This document shows positions 47,622 through 57,806 of a stretch of DNA of 64,000 bases, one piece after another (the first letter of the stretch is position 1; every line of letters starts with the position of its first letter). The notes beneath the pieces were generated by a model that was given only the letters and a program-made list of their open reading frames with translations, did no database searches and had not been told where the DNA came from. The position numbers and the translations under genes were made by a program. Source of the DNA: a virus; IMG/VR virus record IMGVR_UViG_3300020469_000038, positions 6,169 to 70,168 of that record; one strand, 5' to 3'.

Positions 47622-48669
47622 TATCTTTTTTGTTAGCAATGGAGAGTGTGATAGTAATGCTTGGACAAGATTCAAGCAAAAGTTTTCTAATGCACAAAAA
47701 ATAGAAAACTGTAAATCGTTCGAGCAAGTTGCTAGTAAAAGTTTAACAAAACACTTTTGGGTTGTATGGGATAATTTAGAACTTGCACAAGACTTTCAAT
47801 TAGATTATCGTGTTCCTGAATGGGACGCTGACTATGTACACGTTTTCCGCAATGGAGAATATTACGATGGAATATGTATTTTTTCTAAAAAAGCACGCAT
47901 ACTACAACGTGAGTGGGATTACAGATTCTTTACAAGTAAAAAAGAAATAGATATACAAGCAAGCAGTCCTAGGTTATATGATGTTGCATTTATTTCCTAT
48001 CACGAACCTAATGCACAAGTAAATTATAACAAGTTACTAGAAAAAGCACCTAATGCAGTATGGATTAAAGATGTTAAAGGTATACATCAGGCCCATATAC
48101 AAGCAGCAAAGCAATGCACTACTGAACTATTTTATATTGTAGACGCAGACGCAGAGATTTTAGATAGTTTTACGTTTGATATGCAAATACCATACTATGA
48201 TTTCAACGCTAGAAAAAGTGTTTATGTATGGAGAGGCCGAAATCCAATTACAGATTTAGAATACGGATACGGCGGTGTTAAATTATTTCCAAGACAAGCA
48301 GCAATTGATATGGATGTGAACAGTCCAGATATGACTACAAGCCTTTCTGACAGTTTTAAAGCAATGCAAGAAGTAAGTAATGTTACAGCATTCAATACAG
48401 ACGGCTATAGTACTTGGAAAAGTGCATTTAGAGAATGTTGTAAGTTAGCAAGTAGAACTATTAAAGGTCAAAAAAATGATGAAACAGATGAAAGACTTAG
48501 TAAATGGTGTAGCGATTACGGTAGGGACAGGCCCTTTGGGGACTATGCTATACAAGGCGCCAGAGCCGGTAGGAAATATGGTGTTAGCAATAGTGCTGAA
48601 CCTGATGCACTACTCAAGATAAACGATTTCGAATGGTTAAAGGAACAGTTTGATGCACGACAAGGATAG
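47614..48669 (+). CDS. Glycosyltransferase-like protein (degenerate N-terminal plus intact C-terminal GT-A domain)
   Basis: FISYHEPNA, IVDADA, YGYGGVKLFP, WKSAFRECCKL; paralog of the previous gene. Confidence 0.75.
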   Translation: MYDIFFVSNGECDSNAWTRFKQKFSNAQKIENCKSFEQVASKSLTKHFWVVWDNLELAQDFQLDYRVPEWDADYVHVFRNGEYYDGICIFSKKARILQREWDYRFFTSKKEIDIQASSPRLYDVAFISYHEPNAQVNYNKLLEKAPNAVWIKDVKGIHQAHIQAAKQCTTELFYIVDADAEILDSFTFDMQIPYYDFNARKSVYVWRGRNPITDLEYGYGGVKLFPRQAAIDMDVNSPDMTTSLSDSFKAMQEVSNVTAFNTDGYSTWKSAFRECCKLASRTIKGQKNDETDERLSKWCSDYGRDRPFGDYAIQGARAGRKYGVSNSAEPDALLKINDFEWLKEQFDARQG

Positions 48670-50020
48670 AATAGAGAAGTTTATTCCTATAATGGATGAA
48701 ATATCTCCAACTTTCTGTATGGCTAAGTGGCATCATACTACTATCTACTTGCAAACAGGCGAAACACATAGTTGTTATCATCCTGCTCCGCACAAGATTC
48801 CATTAGAAGGCCTAAAAGAAAATCCAAGCCAACTACATAACACACCGCAAAAGAAACAAGAACGTCAACAAATGTTAAATGGCGAAAAGCCTAGTGGATG
48901 TCAGTATTGTTGGAACATTGAATGTATGGGTAAAGATTACATTTCAGATAGAAAAGAGCGTAATGCTAGTATTCATACCGAAGAAAGATTTGCTGCAATA
49001 AAACAAGACCCGTTGGCAGATGTAAATCCGCAGTATGTAGAAATTAGTTTTGGTAACGAGTGTAATTTTAAGTGCGGGTATTGCCATCCTAAACATAGTA
49101 GTTCATATCACAAAGAAATTAGAGACCACGGACCATACACGATGGTAAAAAATCATCGTAACGATATTGATTGGTTTAAGATCCATAAAGAAGAAGACAA
49201 TCCCTACGTTACAGCATTTTGGGAATGGTGGCCTGAACTGCGTAAGACTCTTACAATCCTACGTATTACAGGAGGCGAACCACTGTTACAACAAAGTACT
49301 TGGCGTATGTTTGATGAACTAGAAAAGAATCCAATGCCTAATCTAGAATTAAACATCAATAGTAACTTTGGTGTAAAGAGTATACTGATTGAACGTTTTG
49401 CAGACAAAGTAAACAGTCTTATTGCAAAAGGGTGTATTAAAGATTTCAAAGTTTTCACAAGTATGGACACTTGGGGTAAACAAGCGGAATATATTCGTAC
49501 AGGATTAGATTTAGAGTTATGGGAAAAGAACTTTGATATCTATATGAACAAAACAAATCATCCGTTAACCTTTATGGTAACATTTAATATTCTTACAGTA
49601 ACAAACTTTGATAAGTTTTTACATAAAGTATTAGAGTGGCGTAAAAAATATAATACAGATAATCAAACAAAATGGCAACGTATTAGATTTGATACTCCAT
49701 ACCTTAAAGAGCCATTACAGTATGATATGAATATTCTTCCTAAAGAAGAATTTATGCCGTATATGAAAAAACACTTACAGTTTATTGCAGACCAAGTAGA
49801 CGATGCAGACAGATACAAATTTAGTATAATGGAATATGAAAAGTTTAGACGTGTTGTTGATTATATGGCAAGCACAGAGTATACTGCACAAAAAATAACA
49901 GAAGGTCGCAGAGATTTTGCTGCTTGGTTTAGAGAATACGACAGAAGAAGAAATGTAAACTTTAGTGAAACTTTTCCAGACCTTGTAAATTTTTATGAGG
50001 ACTGTTGTGGCTTGGTATAA
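48653..50020 (+). CDS. Radical SAM protein with N-terminal Cys-rich (SPASM/twitch-like) region
   Basis: CNFKCGYC and ITGGEP; N-terminal C..W...SC.H...CQYCW. Confidence 0.9.
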   Translation: MHDKDRIEKFIPIMDEISPTFCMAKWHHTTIYLQTGETHSCYHPAPHKIPLEGLKENPSQLHNTPQKKQERQQMLNGEKPSGCQYCWNIECMGKDYISDRKERNASIHTEERFAAIKQDPLADVNPQYVEISFGNECNFKCGYCHPKHSSSYHKEIRDHGPYTMVKNHRNDIDWFKIHKEEDNPYVTAFWEWWPELRKTLTILRITGGEPLLQQSTWRMFDELEKNPMPNLELNINSNFGVKSILIERFADKVNSLIAKGCIKDFKVFTSMDTWGKQAEYIRTGLDLELWEKNFDIYMNKTNHPLTFMVTFNILTVTNFDKFLHKVLEWRKKYNTDNQTKWQRIRFDTPYLKEPLQYDMNILPKEEFMPYMKKHLQFIADQVDDADRYKFSIMEYEKFRRVVDYMASTEYTAQKITEGRRDFAAWFREYDRRRNVNFSETFPDLVNFYEDCCGLV

Positions 50021-50939
50021 TTCAAAACTACAATCTGATCCATCACACGGCTTTATGCACGACATCTATAGAGTAGATCTTCGCGATGACGGCATAAGAC
50101 CTGCTCACATAAAAATACCAGCACAAAATATAGAAATATTTGCAAAGAGACACAAAAAGAACTTGCTAATCAACATAGGTGAAAGTTGGACATATGGAGA
50201 AGGATTATACGGTGTTGCAACAGCAAAAGCAGAATTTGATTTAGGTAGTATGTTAAGGTTTAGTTATGGCGCAAAACTAGCAACTATGTTAGATACAGAT
50301 CTTTATCAATACGCTGTACCAGGCAACAGTAATCTTACAATGTCGTACACACTTAAACGTATAATGAAAGAACTTGATACAAGCAAGTACAACAAGATAT
50401 ATTTGAGCTTTCAGGTTACAGAACCTAGTAGGGAAATGCAGCAACTACAAGATCTTGTAAACTGGAATCATCCACTTAAAAACTTGTATGATAAGAGTTA
50501 TCTAAGAAGCAAAGAGTTGTCTTTACAAGGTTGGTTAGAAAAATATGACTCTTATTTGTTCAGTTACATTGATGACATAGTAAGCAAGTATAGCAATGTA
50601 AGCACCGTAGTATGGAAAAACTTCTGTAGTACTAACACACAAAACAATTATAGTTTTAATAACATTGATCAATCTTGGATACAGTTTAGTGCTGAAGTAA
50701 ATGGACACAAACTTAAAATGCCAAGTTTTTATAATGCAGGTTGGCTTGACGATTTAATGCGGTATGAAGAAATTAATTTTAGCAAACACAAATATATTCA
50801 AAAGCAATTACAAGCAATAGAAGAGTCTAACAAATACTTAGGCAAATGTCCAGATCATAGACCTCACCCTAATGAGGTGCAGCATAATTTATGGGCATTG
50901 AATGTGTATTTTAAATCAGGATGGGCTAATGAACAATAA
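49995..50939 (+). CDS. SGNH/GDSL hydrolase-like protein
   Basis: GESWTYG (block I), AVPGNSN, C-terminal HPNEVQH. Confidence 0.6.
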   Translation: MRTVVAWYNSKLQSDPSHGFMHDIYRVDLRDDGIRPAHIKIPAQNIEIFAKRHKKNLLINIGESWTYGEGLYGVATAKAEFDLGSMLRFSYGAKLATMLDTDLYQYAVPGNSNLTMSYTLKRIMKELDTSKYNKIYLSFQVTEPSREMQQLQDLVNWNHPLKNLYDKSYLRSKELSLQGWLEKYDSYLFSYIDDIVSKYSNVSTVVWKNFCSTNTQNNYSFNNIDQSWIQFSAEVNGHKLKMPSFYNAGWLDDLMRYEEINFSKHKYIQKQLQAIEESNKYLGKCPDHRPHPNEVQHNLWALNVYFKSGWANEQ

Positions 50940-52116
50940 AACATTTTGCATTTATCCTTGGATCCATATGTATGTAAATCCAGACGGCAGTGTTTTACCC
51001 TGTTGTGTAGGCGAATATGACAAACACCTAGGCAACGTTAGAGAAAACACAATCGAAGAAATTTGGAATAATGACAAATACAAAACTCTAAGACGTAATA
51101 TGTTAGAGGGTAAAAAATGTGCAGAGTGTAAGGCGTGCTATCAACAAGAAGATAGCGGTAACGAAAGTACACGCATAAGCAAGAATAAAGAATTTGCACA
51201 TCTAGTACCACTAGTACAAGATACACTAGAAGATGGAACATATCCGGAAATGACACTGCGACACTTTGATGTAAGGTGGAGTAACATTTGTAACTTTAAA
51301 TGTAGAAGTTGTTCTAGTACGTATTCAAGCACGTGGGCTCAAGAAGATAGTCGTAATGGTAAGCATAAAGAAATATTCATAATGGCAGATGGCGATGATA
51401 ACAGTCGTTTATATAAACAGTTTGAGCCGTACTTTAAAGATATAGAAAGTTTTTATTTTGCAGGCGGCGAGCCGTTAATGACTGACAAGCATTATGCAAT
51501 ACTAGAACATTTAATTGCAACTAATAACACAGATGTTAAGATTAGTTATAACACTAACATTAGTAATTTGCATTATAAAAATAAAAGTGTAATTGAGTTA
51601 TGGAAACAGTTTCCTAATATACAAGTATTTGCAAGTCTTGATCACTATGGCGATAAAGCAGAATATATTAGAGAAGGAACAAACTGGAGCAAGATTGAAA
51701 AAAATATTAGATTAATTAAACAAGAAACACCGCACGTTAGATTAAACTTTAGTGCTGTGATAAGTGCTTTCAATGTTTTTTCAATTACAGACTTTTTAGA
51801 TTATGTGCTTAGAGAAGGCTTATTTGACACTAATGTTTCCCCTACTTTTTATAATATTGTACATCCTGAATATTACAGTACTAGTATTATAAATGATAGA
51901 CTGAAGTGGAGTGTAATTAATAAAATAAAAGCAAAGTCGCACAAGTATAATGCACACGTACAAGGACTATTACGAGATGTAGTTAGACATTTAGAAAGTA
52001 GTGTATATGATGAAAGTCTTCAGGAACAGTTTATAGTACACACTGATTACTATGATAAAATACGCAATAGAAACTTTTTGAAAACTTTTCCTGAACTAAA
52101 GGAAATAATGGAATGA
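50929..52116 (+). CDS. Radical SAM protein with N-terminal SPASM/twitch domain
   Basis: CIYPW...DGSVLPCC...LGNV...CKACY, then CNFKCRSC and FAGGEP. Confidence 0.9.
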   Translation: MNNKTFCIYPWIHMYVNPDGSVLPCCVGEYDKHLGNVRENTIEEIWNNDKYKTLRRNMLEGKKCAECKACYQQEDSGNESTRISKNKEFAHLVPLVQDTLEDGTYPEMTLRHFDVRWSNICNFKCRSCSSTYSSTWAQEDSRNGKHKEIFIMADGDDNSRLYKQFEPYFKDIESFYFAGGEPLMTDKHYAILEHLIATNNTDVKISYNTNISNLHYKNKSVIELWKQFPNIQVFASLDHYGDKAEYIREGTNWSKIEKNIRLIKQETPHVRLNFSAVISAFNVFSITDFLDYVLREGLFDTNVSPTFYNIVHPEYYSTSIINDRLKWSVINKIKAKSHKYNAHVQGLLRDVVRHLESSVYDESLQEQFIVHTDYYDKIRNRNFLKTFPELKEIME

Positions 52117-53351
52117 AAATATACTTTGACAACTTAGAACTAGATCAATCCAACTTACCTCAGTTTGAAACACACGGAAATAACAATTGGTGGCTAACAA
52201 GTCCAGGTAGTATTCTTAAAAGAGAACTACGTAATATGGAAGTTGAATATCATAAACTGCTAGACTGGAATGAGTGCGGGTTATATTTCATTGATGTAAA
52301 TGGAGATCCTAATTGGTGGTCAGGTGAAAATAAAGGTACAGGTCCAAAGCACATACTACATATGGTACCAAGCGGTATTTTAGAATTAGTAAAAGCAAAG
52401 AAACTTAGACTTGTTATACTTGCAGACAAAGAAGGTGGCCCAATGGTCACTAATCATTATGATGTGTTTAGAGCAACAACTAACATAATGCGTGAACGTA
52501 AGTATCCGGCGAATAGTGTTTTAATATTACAAGGTAATACTAAAATTGAAGCAGACTATACTGCTTGGTTAGAAAAGAATATGGAAGACCGTTTGTTTGA
52601 TGTACAGTATAGCAATCATTTTGGTAAGATATTTTTTGATAACAAAATGCCAGAGCGTCCTTGTATATATGATGCAATGCATAATCCAGAATCAAATGAC
52701 TTTAACAGTTTAAACAGAGTATACAGGCCGCATCGTGGTGCACACTTACATTACCTTGCAAAAAACAATTTGCTTGATAAAGGTCGTGTAAGTTGTAATC
52801 AACTTAAAGATAATGATATTTTGTCTGCAAGGCTTGCGGGCGTTACTCCTAGTGAATTTACAGAATTAATGACACAGCATTATCCTTTATACCTTGATGG
52901 TAACTGGGAAAATACAAATGCTGCGTGGAACTATAATGCAGAACTATATCAAAATACATTGCTAACTGTAATTACAGAAACTATCTTTATAGATAATTCT
53001 AGTTTTGTAACTGAAAAAATATTTAAACCTATTGCACTAGGACATCCTTTCTTGTTAATTGCAGGCAGCGGCACACTTAACGGTCTTGAAGAATTAGGCT
53101 TCAAGTGTGACTTTTTAGGGTTCGGCACAGAGTATGATAGTATAGAAGATCCTAAAACAAGGTTAGATGAAATACATAATATATTAGAAACTTGGATATC
53201 TCTTGACAGAGATGAAAAACTAAAACGTGTCGGTGATAGTTTTGAAAATATAATTCATAACTGGGAACATCTACGTAAGTCAAATTTTTATCACGATGCT
53301 TTACACAAAGCAATTTTAAGAGGTAAGGAATATTTCAATGAAGCAGTTTAA
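52113..53351 (+). CDS. GT10 (fucosyltransferase-like) GT-B protein
   Basis: LNRVYRPHR and TETIF...FVTEKIFKPIALGHPF. Confidence 0.6.
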   Translation: MKIYFDNLELDQSNLPQFETHGNNNWWLTSPGSILKRELRNMEVEYHKLLDWNECGLYFIDVNGDPNWWSGENKGTGPKHILHMVPSGILELVKAKKLRLVILADKEGGPMVTNHYDVFRATTNIMRERKYPANSVLILQGNTKIEADYTAWLEKNMEDRLFDVQYSNHFGKIFFDNKMPERPCIYDAMHNPESNDFNSLNRVYRPHRGAHLHYLAKNNLLDKGRVSCNQLKDNDILSARLAGVTPSEFTELMTQHYPLYLDGNWENTNAAWNYNAELYQNTLLTVITETIFIDNSSFVTEKIFKPIALGHPFLLIAGSGTLNGLEELGFKCDFLGFGTEYDSIEDPKTRLDEIHNILETWISLDRDEKLKRVGDSFENIIHNWEHLRKSNFYHDALHKAILRGKEYFNEAV

Positions 53352-54117
53352 AGACTACAAAAGATTTTTTGCATTTGGTTGCAGTATGACAAACTATTTT
53401 TGGCCTACTTGGGCAGATATAATTGGTACCGAAGTACCTAACTACTACAACTACGGTAAAAGCGGTGCAGGTAATATGTTTATTAGTAATGCACTAGTAG
53501 AAGCAAACAAGAAGCATAAGTTTACACAAGATGATTTAGTTGTTGTTATGTGGAGCAGTATTTCACGTGAAGATAGATACAGAAAACGCAACTGGGTTAC
53601 ACCCGGAAACATTTATACACAAAATGAAATTGATCCCAAGTTTGTATATGAATGGGCAGACAGTAGATATTACTTGTTAAGAGATTTAGCAATCATTGAA
53701 ATGGCAACAGCATATTTAGATGCACTACCTTGTGATACAAAAATGTTAAGTATGAGTCCTATGATCGAATTACAAATAAGTGGCGAATACACAAGACCTT
53801 CAGAAGAATGGCATACAGGTGTAATTGATACATATCAAGATACAATAGACAAAATTAATGAACCTATTGTTAGTAATGTATATAATGGCCGCTGGCCGCA
53901 AACACCAATCCGTGGACATAACGGTAAAGGACAAACAGCGGACTATCATCCTACTCCATTAGGACACGCAGAGTATGTAAGTAATATGTTTAAGGATTTT
54001 GAATTTACAGAGAAGATGAGAAACTTTTCTGTAGAGATGGATGAAAAAGTTCATCTTTGTAAAACACTAGATGATACTAATAAGTTTTGGCAGCAAAGGC
54101 ATCAGACTAGATTATAA
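53338..54117 (+). CDS. SGNH/GDSL hydrolase-like protein
   Basis: FGCSMT, GKSGAGN and DYHP (DxH). Confidence 0.7.
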   Translation: MKQFKDYKRFFAFGCSMTNYFWPTWADIIGTEVPNYYNYGKSGAGNMFISNALVEANKKHKFTQDDLVVVMWSSISREDRYRKRNWVTPGNIYTQNEIDPKFVYEWADSRYYLLRDLAIIEMATAYLDALPCDTKMLSMSPMIELQISGEYTRPSEEWHTGVIDTYQDTIDKINEPIVSNVYNGRWPQTPIRGHNGKGQTADYHPTPLGHAEYVSNMFKDFEFTEKMRNFSVEMDEKVHLCKTLDDTNKFWQQRHQTRL

Positions 54118-55274
54118 TGGCGTGTTTGAATTCAACAAATCTAATATATTTGCAAACGTATAATCCACGTGAGCCACAAAAGATTAAGATCAATAGTAGT
54201 GTAGGTTCTCAAATTAAAACAAATGAGAAACTAGACTTTTATTATATTCAGTTTTCAGACAAAGAAAGTTTTAAAATTTACGACATTATTGATATTGTAC
54301 CTGCTGCTGACTTAGATAAAATTAAACAAGGTAAAGCATTTTTAGTTTTAGATAACGCATTAGAATATTTTACTGATACAGTAGATAGCATTTATAGAAA
54401 TATTATTCTTAAACATAATGTACCAGCAGAACAAATTATATTTTTAAGTGCTGTACCTAATATGATTGACACTATTAAAAGTGTAGCAGCAAAATACAAA
54501 TTACCGCAAATCAAAGTAGATTATTTTAATGTATTTGAAGCAACTGGTATCGATGCAATACATAAAAATAAAAACATAATTGGTATTACAAAAACAAAGA
54601 AATGGCCCAAGAAGTTTTTATGTCTTAATAGAAGATGGAGAGCTCATCGTCCGTTAATGATGTTAATGTTATATGAACGTAATCTAATTGATAAAGGACA
54701 CATAAGTTTTGGTAAGAGCGATAGAGGTGATAATTGGAATAGTTCATTTAGAGAGTTACGACACATATACAATGACAGCGATTTTATAAATCAATTAATA
54801 CAGAGTAATAAACAAATTGTAGATATGCCAAACCTTTACTTGGACACAAATGATCTTGTTACAAATAGAGCAGAGTACGAATCTAGTATTATAAAGTATT
54901 ACAAAGAAACGTATTTTAGTGTTGTAAATGAAACAACATATCACGAAGGCATTCCGTTCTTTAGCGAAAAAATATTTAAAGTTATGGCAATAGGACATCC
55001 GTTTGTGTTAGCAACAGTACCAAACAGTTTGCCTATTTTAAGAGGTTTAGGATACAAAACATTTAGCCCTTACATTAATGAAACATACGATAGTATACAA
55101 GATGACGGTGACCGTATGACAGCAATAATAGATGAAATTGAACGCTTGTGTAATATGGATAAAACCCAAACACTTGAGTTTATTGCTAGTGTAAGACCTA
55201 TTTTGGCACACAATTATAGTGTGCTTGTAGCAAAGAAAAACAAGTGGAATATTAGTACTAGAGTTAATTATTAA
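54117..55274 (+). CDS. GT10 (fucosyltransferase-like) GT-B protein
   Basis: CLNRRWRAHR and VNET...FFSEKIFKVMAIGHPF; paralog of 52113..53351. Confidence 0.6.
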   Translation: MACLNSTNLIYLQTYNPREPQKIKINSSVGSQIKTNEKLDFYYIQFSDKESFKIYDIIDIVPAADLDKIKQGKAFLVLDNALEYFTDTVDSIYRNIILKHNVPAEQIIFLSAVPNMIDTIKSVAAKYKLPQIKVDYFNVFEATGIDAIHKNKNIIGITKTKKWPKKFLCLNRRWRAHRPLMMLMLYERNLIDKGHISFGKSDRGDNWNSSFRELRHIYNDSDFINQLIQSNKQIVDMPNLYLDTNDLVTNRAEYESSIIKYYKETYFSVVNETTYHEGIPFFSEKIFKVMAIGHPFVLATVPNSLPILRGLGYKTFSPYINETYDSIQDDGDRMTAIIDEIERLCNMDKTQTLEFIASVRPILAHNYSVLVAKKNKWNISTRVNY

Positions 55275-55276
55275 GG

Positions 55277-55376
55277 CGCCTTAAACGCATTTTAAGCGTC
55301 ATACAGCAGTGTTATACACTAAGAGCTACAGTTACGCTATACTGCTATAAACCACGTTTAAATGCACTGTAAGACG
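55277..55376. repeat. Long imperfect inverted repeat upstream of the nucleotide-sugar dehydrogenase
   Basis: Arm 55277-55310 is imperfectly complementary to arm 55341-55376. Confidence 0.55.
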
Positions 55377-55417
55377 GAGATTGTAAATATGTTTATACCG
55401 AATTTGGGGGAAGTAAC

Positions 55418-56605
55418 GTGAAGATAGGATTTATTGGATTAGGAAAATTAGGTCTGCCTTGCGCAGAAGTAATTGCCAAAAAAGGGCATAGTGTGCTAGG
55501 ATATGATGTTAACAAAAACATCGATAGCGACTATGTAATTGTAGAAGACACAATTCAAGAAACAGTTAAAGATAGAGACATTGTGTTTATTGCAGTGCCA
55601 ACACCGCACGATCCTTCCTATGACGGTAGAGCACCTACAGCACATTTAGAACCAAAAGATTTTTCATATGATATTGTAAAAGAAGTTATGACTGAAGCAA
55701 ACAAGCATATGAACAACGATCAGTTACTTGTTCTTATTAGTACAGTATTACCAGGCACAGTACGTAGAGAGTTTGTACAGTTAGTTACAAATCCACGTTT
55801 TGTTTATAATCCATATTTAATTGCAATGGGAACAGTTGCTTGGGATATGGTCAATCCAGAGATGGTAATGATTGGTACAGAAGATGGAACTGAAACAGGT
55901 GATGCAAAACAACTGGTTGATTTTTACAAGTCCATAATGGATAACTTTCCACGTTATGTAATTGGTACGTGGGACGAATGTGAATGTATTAAAGTTTTCT
56001 ATAACACCTTTATCAGCACAAAAATAGGACTTGTTAATATGATACAAGATGTTGCACAACGTCAAGGTAATATTAATACAGATGTAGTTACTACTGCTTT
56101 AGCAGAAAGCACGCAACGTATTATGGGGCCAAGTTATATGAAAGCAGGTATGGGCGATGGCGGAGCGTGTCATCCAAGAGATAATATTGCACTGCGTTAT
56201 ATGGCAAAGAAACTAGATCTTGGTTATGATATTTTTGATGCAATTATGAATGCACGTGAAGTACAGGCAAAAAACATTGCACAAAAATTATGTGATATTG
56301 CAAAAGAAAAAGAACTTCCTATTCTTATTAACGGTATTGCTTATAAACCAGGTGTACCTTATGTTGACGGAAGTTATGCTTTACTAGTTGCACAATATTG
56401 TACAGAGTATGGCTATAATCCTATGCAGGTAGATCCATTAGTATATGGACCTGACAAAGGACCTTTCAGAGCAGTTGTTCTTCTTGCTCATCCAGAGATG
56501 TATGTAGATGTTACTGATGATAGTGTTGTAGTTGATCCGTGGAGAGAACATTCTTCAAGTAAGTATGAAGTTGTTCATTACGGTAATACTAGAGAATTGA
56601 TTTAG
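55418..56605 (+). CDS. ugd: UDP-glucose/GDP-mannose dehydrogenase family protein
   Basis: Rossmann GLGKLGLP, FIAVPTP, STVLPGT, catalytic GGACHPRD, GIAYKP. Confidence 0.9.
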   Translation: MKIGFIGLGKLGLPCAEVIAKKGHSVLGYDVNKNIDSDYVIVEDTIQETVKDRDIVFIAVPTPHDPSYDGRAPTAHLEPKDFSYDIVKEVMTEANKHMNNDQLLVLISTVLPGTVRREFVQLVTNPRFVYNPYLIAMGTVAWDMVNPEMVMIGTEDGTETGDAKQLVDFYKSIMDNFPRYVIGTWDECECIKVFYNTFISTKIGLVNMIQDVAQRQGNINTDVVTTALAESTQRIMGPSYMKAGMGDGGACHPRDNIALRYMAKKLDLGYDIFDAIMNAREVQAKNIAQKLCDIAKEKELPILINGIAYKPGVPYVDGSYALLVAQYCTEYGYNPMQVDPLVYGPDKGPFRAVVLLAHPEMYVDVTDDSVVVDPWREHSSSKYEVVHYGNTRELI

Positions 56606-56894
56606 TTCTTTTACTAATATCGTGTTTTAACAACTCAATATTAATTTTAAAATCTAATTTAGCGATTGTATCTTTATACTCAGATAGAGTATCTAATAAT
56701 TTTTTAGCAACTTCATCTGGATCAGTTTTGGCAGTTTGGGCTTTAACGTCTATTTCCCATATTCTGCCATCACTGAATTCCAGAATCATTGTGTCCACAT
56801 AAGCAATGGGCATCGTATTGATATACAAGTCCTCAAATACTTCAGGCCATTCCTTTACAATATGTGATGGAGGTCTAAAATATTTCTTATGCAC
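56589..56894 (-). CDS. Hypothetical protein
   Basis: 101-aa ORF ending the minus-strand operon; convergent overlap with ugd. Confidence 0.7.
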   Translation of the reverse strand: MHKKYFRPPSHIVKEWPEVFEDLYINTMPIAYVDTMILEFSDGRIWEIDVKAQTAKTDPDEVAKKLLDTLSEYKDTIAKLDFKINIELLKHDISKRTKSIL

Positions 56895-57504
56895 TTTCAG
56901 CGACTTTAGCCTTCTTAGTGGTCTTCTTCGCTGGTGGATCTAGTTCGTCTGCTTGTCTACGTAATTGAGCTGCTTCTTTATACATAGCATCTGCTTGACT
57001 ACGATATGATTTTGCAAGATCCGAATCACTTAATGCGCCTTCAGTTACTTGTGGAGCCTCTGGTGCTGGTGTTGGAGTATCTGCTACTGCCTGACCTGCT
57101 TGAGGTGCACCACTAACAAATGTATACAGTTGATCTACTGCTACATTTCTTTGTTCTGCGATTAGTGCATTAAGTTCTGATAGTACAACACTTTCATTAG
57201 TTGTTGGTGTCATTACTACGTCACTAGTTGCAACTTTATGCATTCTTCCTGATTGCTGCATTGCTTCTAGCATATTCTTTCCATCTGGAAATCTGCCTCG
57301 GAACATATACTCGCCAAGTTCAAAACTTTGTTGTGCTTGGTCTGTTTCGATTGCTGTCATAAGCGAATCGTGGTACATATCAGGTAAAGTTGCAGAATCA
57401 ATTACTAAACATTTATCTGACTCACCTGGTACTGTTCTAAACACAACAGCAACTCTGTTGCCTGTGTTTTTCATCTTTCCAGTGTGTTTAATTGGTTTTG
57501 CCAT
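56887..57504 (-). CDS. Hypothetical protein
   Basis: 205 aa, AGGAG RBS, basic C-terminal tail. Confidence 0.8.
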   Translation of the reverse strand: MAKPIKHTGKMKNTGNRVAVVFRTVPGESDKCLVIDSATLPDMYHDSLMTAIETDQAQQSFELGEYMFRGRFPDGKNMLEAMQQSGRMHKVATSDVVMTPTTNESVVLSELNALIAEQRNVAVDQLYTFVSGAPQAGQAVADTPTPAPEAPQVTEGALSDSDLAKSYRSQADAMYKEAAQLRRQADELDPPAKKTTKKAKVAESA

Positions 57505-57515
57505 AATGGTCTCCT

Positions 57516-57803
57516 TTAGTCCGTTGCCGGTGCATCTGATTGTGCTTGTTGTGCTTCTGCATTTGCAGATTGCGTTTTAGCAACGTGTTCTAAAAATGTA
57601 TTCAACTTGTTGTAAAGTTTGCCTACTGCTTCTAGTTCATTTGCTTTGAATGCACCACGTTGTGTGGCGATATCAATGATACTTTTTACCCCAGTCAGAT
57701 CAGATACATTAAGATCTGGTGCTGCCGGTGCTTGTTCTACACCTGGTGTAGGCACAGGACCACTTTGTGCGGCTACTGCGTCTTGTTTAACTTCTTCAGT
57801 CAT
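57516..57803 (-). CDS. Hypothetical protein
   Basis: 95 aa, AGGAG RBS; IIDIATQRGAFKANELEAVG core. Confidence 0.8.
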   Translation of the reverse strand: MTEEVKQDAVAAQSGPVPTPGVEQAPAAPDLNVSDLTGVKSIIDIATQRGAFKANELEAVGKLYNKLNTFLEHVAKTQSANAEAQQAQSDAPATD

Positions 57804-57806
57804 ATT

